64,000 bases of DNA from positions 461,200-525,199 of the forward strand of contig NMRA01000304.1 of assembly GCA_002633005.1 (NCBI GenBank), written 5' to 3'. Each line of letters opens with the position of its first letter. Position 1 is the stretch's first letter. This DNA is from Phoronis australis. Taxonomy: Eukaryota > Animalia > Phoronida. This document shows positions 16,201 to 25,200 of this stretch, piece by piece. The position numbers and the translations under genes are program-made. The notes beneath the pieces are model-generated. The model was not told where the DNA came from. It worked only from the letters and a program-made list of their open reading frames with translations, and did not search any database.

Positions 16201-19200
16201 TATATTTTTAAAATCATTGAGTATCACACAATGATTTATCTTACTGTGTGCATGAAAATAATATTCTGACATTTGTGATCACGCGGCTACATTTTTTCTG
16301 AAGAATTACATTTTTCATGGAGATGGCCTTATTTTCCATAAACATTTTTGCTCAAAACTTGTAAATTCTGTTTCTTTGTTCTATTAGGTACAAAATAATG
16401 TCTGGGATTTTCTTTTAAGGCCTCTTAGTCCAAGAAATCTGCTGTCAAAAATCAAGACTTCAACATTTTTGAAAAAGCGAAAGTCTTGATTTTTTACCTC
16501 AGATTTCTGAGGCTCAATGCCTTAAGAAATCCCAGACAGTGTTTTGCAGCTAATAAAACAACGAAACAGAATTTGCAAGTTTTGAGGACAAAAACGAATT
16601 TGTGGAAAAATCGTCGAGCTCCGTGAAAAATTGTAATTTTTTACGGAAGTGCAATCATGTGATAACAAACTTTTGAACATGTTTTCATGCACAAAATAAG
16701 ATTCTCTGATTTTTTAAAATCCCTACTATATTTTTAAAAAAATGTAGTTTTATAGGTTGAGTATTAATAGTTGAAAGCTATTTTAAAAAATCTGTGGTAA
16801 CGAAGGTAGCCAGTGACCTTAATGGAATGGCTATAAAGTTTACCTGTTGAAACGCTTGATCTGCCTATGGTAATTCTTCGCTTATTTCGATCAAAAACTT
16901 CCAAAAGTGTCATTTTTGAATTTTTCAAAGGCCTGTTACTTTGTTACGAATAATTGAAACTTCACTTCAACGTTGATTTATGATATCTACCCAGTACAAA
17001 CTATGCTATTATTTTCGGTGGCCCGAAAGTATCATCGCTATTTTAGTTTATTAATTTTTTTATTTTTCCTTTTCCACCTAGGAAGAAATATTTCAACCCA
17101 GGTGGAAACTATTTTCACCCGGGTGGAAATTATTTCAACCTAGGTGGAAATTATTTTCACCCGGGTGGAAACTATTTCAACTTTGTGGAAATTATTTTCA
17201 CCGGGGTGGAAATTATTTCAACCTAGGTGGAAATTATTTTCACCTGGGTGGAAACTTTTTCAATCTAGGTGGAAATTATTTTCACCCGGCTGGAAATTAT
17301 TTTCACCTGGGTGAAAATGTTATACATCCGGGCACCTATTTTCAGCTGTGTTGTGATTGGATGAAGTCTTGTATGTGAAGGTCGATTGGGCCAGCCATTT
17401 TCTTCAACAAAGTTCAGATTAGGTTGCAATGTCGGCGCCTTATCTGCCTCTTGGATTTGCCGAGGACTTTAACAGAGACAGTGTGATTACATATTACTCT
17501 TAGTTCCAAAACAACTCTCTGAATAAAGTTGCCGGATTTCAGCAACGAACCCAAGCCATTAACAAATATAGTGTATGGTGTAGAACGTTGAGAAATTTCC
17601 GATAAATAAATGACATATTATTGTTGTTGTCCAAAACCCTCACCCTCCCCGTGCTGACAGGTTTCAAAGGCTTAAAGTTACACAACTAGCAACAAAAAGC
17701 ACAGATAGTATTATAAATATCCCACAAATGGTAAAAGACGTATGGTGAATCACATTGTATGGATTCACAAGAGGATACAAATTTTGGTAAATAACCAGCA
17801 TGATTAATTAATTATACACCAGTCTTAAAAATTACTTAACATTGTTTCTAATTAGAGTATAATTGTCAACAGTGTCAGAAATGTCACTAACCAATAGTGT
17901 AATACAACACATAATTTCTCATTAAAATACGTATTTGTGTATGACCATTGCAATGACAATCACCTTCAGTAACCAGCGTATAACAGTACAAAGTATTCAA
18001 GATTAAATGATACTGTAAGGTACAGTCCAGATAAAGTAAAAAAATTCCAAATTAGTAACTTTCCATGAAATACTTACAGCTCTGGTCCCTGTGGTCTCCA
18101 AACATGAACTAGCACTCGGGTGTGAAACTAGTTGCGCAGTAGAACCTTTCCTATTAACGTCCTCTTTTTCCTTGATTCGCTTGTTATGTGAAGTTGAAGA
18201 CGGAGGTATCTTATAGCTGAATAGTTTGACAGATCATCGATATTTAAGGGATTGCCAAAGTTTGTCCTTAATAGTTTGCATATGTCCAGGTTAACCTAAA
18301 GTGGGCCAGCACACTGAACTCAAGACTGTTTAAAATTAATTTTGTGTTGATGACAGAAACCAAACAACTTAAAGGGACTCAAATTGATAATTGTCGAAAT
18401 TAATTGCTAAAAAGGAAACCTTTCGGGGTCAAGCGAAATTTCTTGCACAGATTGTCCTGTATATGTCTGCAAACATGTGGTGGCAGAATGATCTAACCGA
18501 TTAACATGAATAAACAAAACAAAACAAAACAGAGCATTGTTTTAGAGTGCTACAAAAGGGTGTGCAGCTATGGCTTGACACGTGACTTGTTCCTAGCGCA
18601 AGTAGATGACGCCACGTTAACCAAACGACGTACAAGCATGAAAATAATTTCCACCCGGGTGAAAATAATTTCCACCTAGGAATAATTTCCACCTAGGCTG
18701 AAATAGTTTCCACCCGGGTGAAAATTATTTCCACCTAGGTTGAAATAGTTTCCACCTGGGTGAAAATAAATTCCACCCGGGTGAAAATAATTTTCACCTA
18801 GGTTGAAATAATTTCCACCCAGGTGAAAATAGTTTCCACCCAGGTGAAAATAATTTCCACCTAGGTTGAAATAGTTTCCACCCAGGTGAAAATAATTTCT
18901 ACCCAGGTGAAAATAATTTCCACCCAGGTGAAAATAATTTCCAACTAGGTTGAAATAGTTTCCACCCGGGTGAAAATATTTTCCACCCAGGTGAAAATAA
19001 TTTTCACCTAGGTTGAAATAGTTTCCACCCAGGTGAAAATAGTTTCCACCCAGGTGAAAATAGTTCCCACCTAGGTTGAATTATTTCCACCTAGGTGGAA
19101 AATGAAAAATGAAAAAATAATTAAACTAAAGTAACGATGATACTTTCGGGCCACCATAAGTATTAGACTATTTTTTTCTTCGTTTTATAATTGTGGAGAA

Positions 19201-22200
19201 ATTTGACTAAATAGAATTTCACTTGTAAGTCATATTGCGTGCTAAATAAGGGACGAATTACCGTACGTTAGATTTTAATCAAGTAAGCCCCGACGACTTT
19301 TTTCATATGTTATGATAATAGTTAACTGTGTTGTTCAATTTTCAGTCGATAACTAACTTTCGTGCTGCTTCAGTTCTCCGTGCATGATTTAAATCTTACA
19401 CACGACTGGATAAATCTGGTATTCCTTTATCACTGACGTAAGGTTGTGAGTAATCAGTTTTGAAAATCTGTGCCCTCAGCTAATAGTCCGCAAATGAATT
19501 AATATTCCACTAAAAGATTATATCTTCTGAAAAAAGAATGTGCAAAACATTTTGATTTGGTCTTTATGCCAGTATCACATTGATTTGGTCACTTGAGCAT
19601 GTCTCTTTTGTAAAATTTAGCAAAATACAATCATCACTTTTACCAGATAACAAAACAGTTATATAACTCGAACAATTTTATGCGCCCATTTATAGGTATG
19701 CGGGTGCACTGTGGCGTCATTTATCTCTATCCGACGTCTGCTACTTTATGGACAAAATCCCTTGATGGGTGTTTGTGAAATTTTGCAGACAATTGCTCCT
19801 ATCATGAATGGGATGGCACGGGTGAATTTTCAGGCAGATTTGACTATTGCTGTGCCTCCTAGTGGCAATTTCATTTTTTTACATGAGCCCGTATATCTAT
19901 ATCTACTGAGTTACTTGACGGGTGTTCGTGAAATTTGGTAAATAGGTTTCAGTTAAAGAGACAACACTACACCTTCCTGTATTGGCAACATTATCTGTGG
20001 CCCGCAGTGGCCGTTTTTATTATTTTTGCATGCCTTTATCATCTGCCTCTGTCTGCCAAACCAATCGTATAAAAGAATCATTGTAAACGTTGACAGATGT
20101 TTTCAGTCCTATCAAAATGAACATGGCTGACATTGATTTTCCGTTGGGTCCATCTACTGTGGCGCCCCCTGTGCCTGATCTACCAAGTTCCATGTTGTAT
20201 CTTTGGACAGTCTGTGCGTTTCAATTGAAAAGATCATGGCTGGCATTGATTTTGGACTGTTAGACTGAACTGAGGTGTTCCGTAGCGGCAATTTAGGCTT
20301 CTGCATAATTATAGCTCCTGCGGGGGCTGCCGGGATGTTCATGAAGTTTGGCTGTGAGGAAGAGACACCTGACTTCCGTAATTGTTTCAGACGGATTCAG
20401 CTTATATTACACCTGGCTTTTTATTATTACTATTATTATGTCTGTTTTTGTCGTCTGTCTCCTCATCTCCCTTACAAAAATGAACTTAAGTTTTCATCGA
20501 AAAACTTAAGTTTTTGGTCTGAAAAACTTAAGTTTTCATTCCCGAAAACTTAAGTTTTTGGCGAAAACTTAAGTATTTTGGAACAAGTTTTTTGGAACGA
20601 ACTTAAGTTTTCATAACTTAAGTTTTTCAAAAACTTAAGTTCTGAAAACTTAAGTTTTTCAAAAACTTAAGTTCGTTCCAAAAAACTTGTTCCAAAAAAC
20701 TTAAGTTTTTGGAAAACTTAAGTTTCAGAAACTTAAGTTTTTGAAAAACTTAAGNAATTATAGCTCCTGGCTGCCGGGATGTTCATGAAGTTTGGCTGTG
20801 AGGAAGAGACACCTGACTTCCGTAATTGTTTCAGACGGATTCAGCTTATATTACACCTGGCTTTTTATTATTACTATTATTATGTCTGTTTTTGTCGTCT
20901 GTCTCCTCATCTTCCAAACTGCTCGAGTATCACCATGAAAAGTAGCGTGTGCTTTCTTACTGACAATATTGTTTTCGGATAAATTTGACTGTGATAATTT
21001 TTTCAGGTTGCTTTGATATCTACTAACATTTTTGATTGATATTCATCATGTTTGACATATATGTTCATATTGAGGAGAGCAAAGTTGGTGTTCTCCCTCT
21101 AGTGGGAATATTTAAAATTATCATCCCTTGGATCTGTGCTGTTGCAATGCACACTGGTGACGCTCAGCATTTCTCTTGTTCAACTCTGTTGCCTTATAGT
21201 ATTGGCCTCTGTGAAAAACGGTGGTCACAGGCAGCAACTTGTTTGGCTTGCATATAAATCTTGGACGTATGTGATGTATAAAATTATACCATTTCTACAG
21301 TTTCGTGATCAGTGACAACCCCTTTATACATCTGCAGGTCCAGCACGTATTCGTATTGGCTACCGTCCAAATGAACAGCCTATCCACGTTGGCATGTTTT
21401 TCTCTGATGGTGGGTGATGTCAATGCACACAAACTATTTGCATGTCTAGCAAGCTTCTGTAGGCACTGCAGTCTGACCTGTTGTAGCATTGCATCTAGTC
21501 ATCCCAAGTTGCAATTAACCTGTCTGTGTGCTCTACTTCATCACATTCAAACACCAAAACAACAGAGCTTAAAGTAGCCTCAGTTGAGAGTCACAGTAAA
21601 TGGTTTTACCAAAACATATTGGGTGTGCAAAATGAAATCTGTGTGCAAAATGAGTGGAGATTTAGCATACTCCGAATAAAACTCCATTAAACCATGTCAG
21701 GGAAAGATGCAAATCATCTTTCACCATTGAGAATATGCCTGCAGGCAGCGGCTCTACCTGAACTTATTGTGGCCAATGACAAACAAGTTACCAACAACCA
21801 AATGCGAAAAATAACAAAAGACACAAAAGCAATTAGCACCAACACCTCGTGCCCATTCTGCAACTGTGTTACCCTGCAAGTTATAGTTATTAGTTTCTCT
21901 CCTCACTCGGCCTGGTTTGGTTTGTTTAAATTTTGTTTGTCGTTAGGTCCTTCCTCTATTGGTCAAGGTTATTCACCAAGCCAAGAGCCTTTGCTGGTTG
22001 GAATGTTTCTGTCAGATGGTGGGTATGATCCTTGTGGTCTCGTGGAGAATAAGCTGTCTGAGGAAAGTTGAGATCAAATTGAACTGCTTTTGGGTTTGGA
22101 GCTTGAACATTGTCCTGCTCCATCCAGACTGCCAAGAAGTGGTGAAATTTGGCTGACTTCATTAAGTACAAATTAAGGCCACTGTGTAAAAATGCTTCAT

Positions 22201-25200
22201 AGTTCTTATCTGGAAAAATTTAAGGTGGATGGAGAAAAGGGTCGGTCAACTTAACTGAGTTAACTTTCTCCACGAGACGCGCGTAGCTTTATTAATGCCT
22301 TCCCACATTGAACTTACTCTCTGATGGCTTCTATGAAGGATATTTATAAAAGCTATGCAGCCATTGGTCTCTGCTCACACCGTGGGAAAGACATGTTCAG
22401 CCAGTTGGCTCTGGCGTGTCTATGTCTGATGAGGTGGCACTCCTAATACTCTGTGCGCTTGCTCACGACACTGACTTTGTGTGTATAACTTACCCCTACA
22501 TGCACTTATTTAAAGCCATAGACAACGCCATAGGTGAGTCACCATCAATATAAGTTAATAATTAGTACGGGAGCACTCAAATGATGCAGAAATTTGATTG
22601 GCAGTGGAAGCGTTTTACAGATATGGCCAGAAAATTGAGATTTTCAAGTTAATTTCATTTTCGATTTCAGCATAATATAAGTACAGGACACTCAGTTTTG
22701 TGTGTATGAAAATGCTGACGTGTTGCAAAAAATGCTCAAAGACAAGGTTACTGAAGTGTGACTGCATATTGCACTTCAACAGTTACTTTTACTCTAAATA
22801 ACCCGTGCTATTTAGGATCTGAATTGCATCAACTACTCATTTGTTTACCTTAATTGCCGTCCACACAGAGACGTACTCTAGAACAAGTTTATCCTGGAAC
22901 GAGTTGTCTCTAAGTTTTGGGAGCAGAGTGAGTGTCTGGACACTACTTAAACTATAGTACAACTTACCCGACTTGTGGCAACTTACTCCTTACCTTACCC
23001 AGGTACTGTGGCAATAAATATGTACAAAAACGTGAATTGAGTTGAAGTATGATTATACCTGTTGCGTGGCGAAGACCTTTTTGTTGTGTTTGGCTTTAAT
23101 GATTTCCCTTTCTGCACTGGCCTATTCAGCTTTTACTGCATTTAAGTACTCAGCCTCACGATTACTCATGTAGTATTCTTCAATTGGAGTTTCAATTTAC
23201 TCAAAGGCCCTGTCTACATCGGCACCAAGGCTGGCAAAATCGTTGATCAGCCTAGCCTGCACGTAGGCATATTTCTGTCTGATGGTAAGTTGTGCGACAT
23301 GCTTCTCTGCGATGCTGAAAACCGGTAGGTACATTAATGTATAGACCTGTTACAAGTGATTGACACCAATGCGCTATTTGCCTGGATTACCAATAAAAAA
23401 TCACTGGTTTCAAGTTAGGTGTTGGGGGCGAGCAACCTGACCAGAACAAGTAAATACTTGGGAGATGCAAGAAGTAAATGAAAAAACACAGGTTCGGTAT
23501 AAAAAACTTGCATTGATCACAGCTTTGCGACTCGTGTTAACTTGGTAGACTAGGACACAAAAGTGGGACTCAAAATGAGTGATTTCTTTCTCACTTTTTA
23601 CGAAAGAGATAAAGTATTATGTCAGTATCGTTACTGCTACTGCCGTCGGACAATATTTTGAAAAATTTCAGGCAGTCAAAACAATAGTAGAAGCTACTGA
23701 AAAATGAAAAAGGGCAACTTTGGTAATTATTTTTGTCCAAAAGTGTAAAATTTTACAGTGAGTGTATGAATTTTGCCAGGTGGTGGATCAATTTTCAGTA
23801 GACATGCATTCACAAAGGTGTATGGGAACTTTCAAGAAACTAAAACCAAATGTGGAAGTTAAAAAGTGAACTTTCGGAAATTGGGAGTGGTAATTACTAT
23901 ATCCAGCCAAACTTGAGACTTCAGTAATGCAGACAATTTCATTCACAACAAGACATTTTTAAATGTCATGTTAAAACATGACCGTTTTGAAATCTATATT
24001 TTTGCGTTAAATCGAGTATCAATTACATTTGTATGCATTTTCTGATTTCCTGTGATAGCTAATTGCTTGTTTGGTCTTGACTGGTATCTTTCGCTATTAT
24101 GCATAATTTCTGGTTGCTAGACGCATAAATTTGGGTTTTCTTAAGAACGTGCAAATTAGGTAGCTCTGTTCACTCCACATAGAATATTGTGTGAATTAAG
24201 CTGTCAAAATATTGGTAGGTAGAGACACTTATTGGTTGCTTATCTGCACCAAAGCATCAATTGCTGGACGTAGTTAACGTGGGTTATGAGATTGTTAGAA
24301 ACCCTTGGGCAGTGAAAAATTGACAATTTGGCAATTATGCTTGTCCAAAATCGGTGACTACGGTAATTCTACAGTAACAGCAATGTTTGTTTAAAAGTAG
24401 CAACAGCTTTGAAGATATTTTGAAAGATTCTCAGCTTAGTCATGAGTTGGTTAGTCTTGAGACTGGAGCCATTTCAAGATAGTCATTGGTGCAAAAGCAT
24501 TGCTTCTACTAGGGTGATTTGTAATGAGTAATATCTTGAAATCCGGCTGTAGTTTACTGTTTTTTCAATAACTGTTGCAGCAGTTTCCATTGTACAATTT
24601 CTGTTTCTTTTCTCTTGCCAGAGCCCGGTTATTACGAGGACGGAAAGTTTGGAGTCCGCCTGGAGACCATAGTAGAAGTGGTGAAAGATAACACTAAGGT
24701 GCAGTCAGACAATTGATGTGTAAATTTTCATGTCTGCTAAAATTCCACTCGTCCTCTTTTATCACAGAAATTAACTTAGAAAGTTCAGAAGTTAATCAAG
24801 CATTTTTGTGCCCCCACAGACTTCTTGATATCTCAAAAACTTCTGGTTGGATTTTGATGAAATTTGGCACAAGGGTGTAGGCCGTCACTAGAAGGGTTCG
24901 ATTCATGCTACTTTTCAATCTGCCTCGCCCCCCCCCTTGGGTCAGAGCGGCATAGCTTTGTCTGTATTTTTGGGGAAGAGCATTTCCGGGTGATATCTAG
25001 AGGATGGATCGGCAGATTTCAGTGAAACTTGACACAAAGGTTTGTAGTATCAATGCGCCTGCATGTTTAAATCGTCAGACGGATTTGATTACTGCAGCAC
25101 CTCCTATTGGCCATTTTGTTTTCAGTGAGGGACTTTTCAAATTGTTTGGGGAAGCGCATTTCCGGATGATATCTAGAGAACCGATTAGCGAATTCCAACA

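Noticed and set aside
17075-19100. CRISPR-like appearance of the 20-21-bp repeats
   Set aside because: No unique spacers and no cas genes; eukaryotic context; the repeats are subterminal arrays of a TIR element.
22361-22433. Possible fourth alternative exon (..[13 protein letters not shown]|gt)
   Set aside because: The nearest AG gives the wrong phase, there is no GP start, and the GT follows a full codon. At best a decayed relic; it overlaps an intronic stem.
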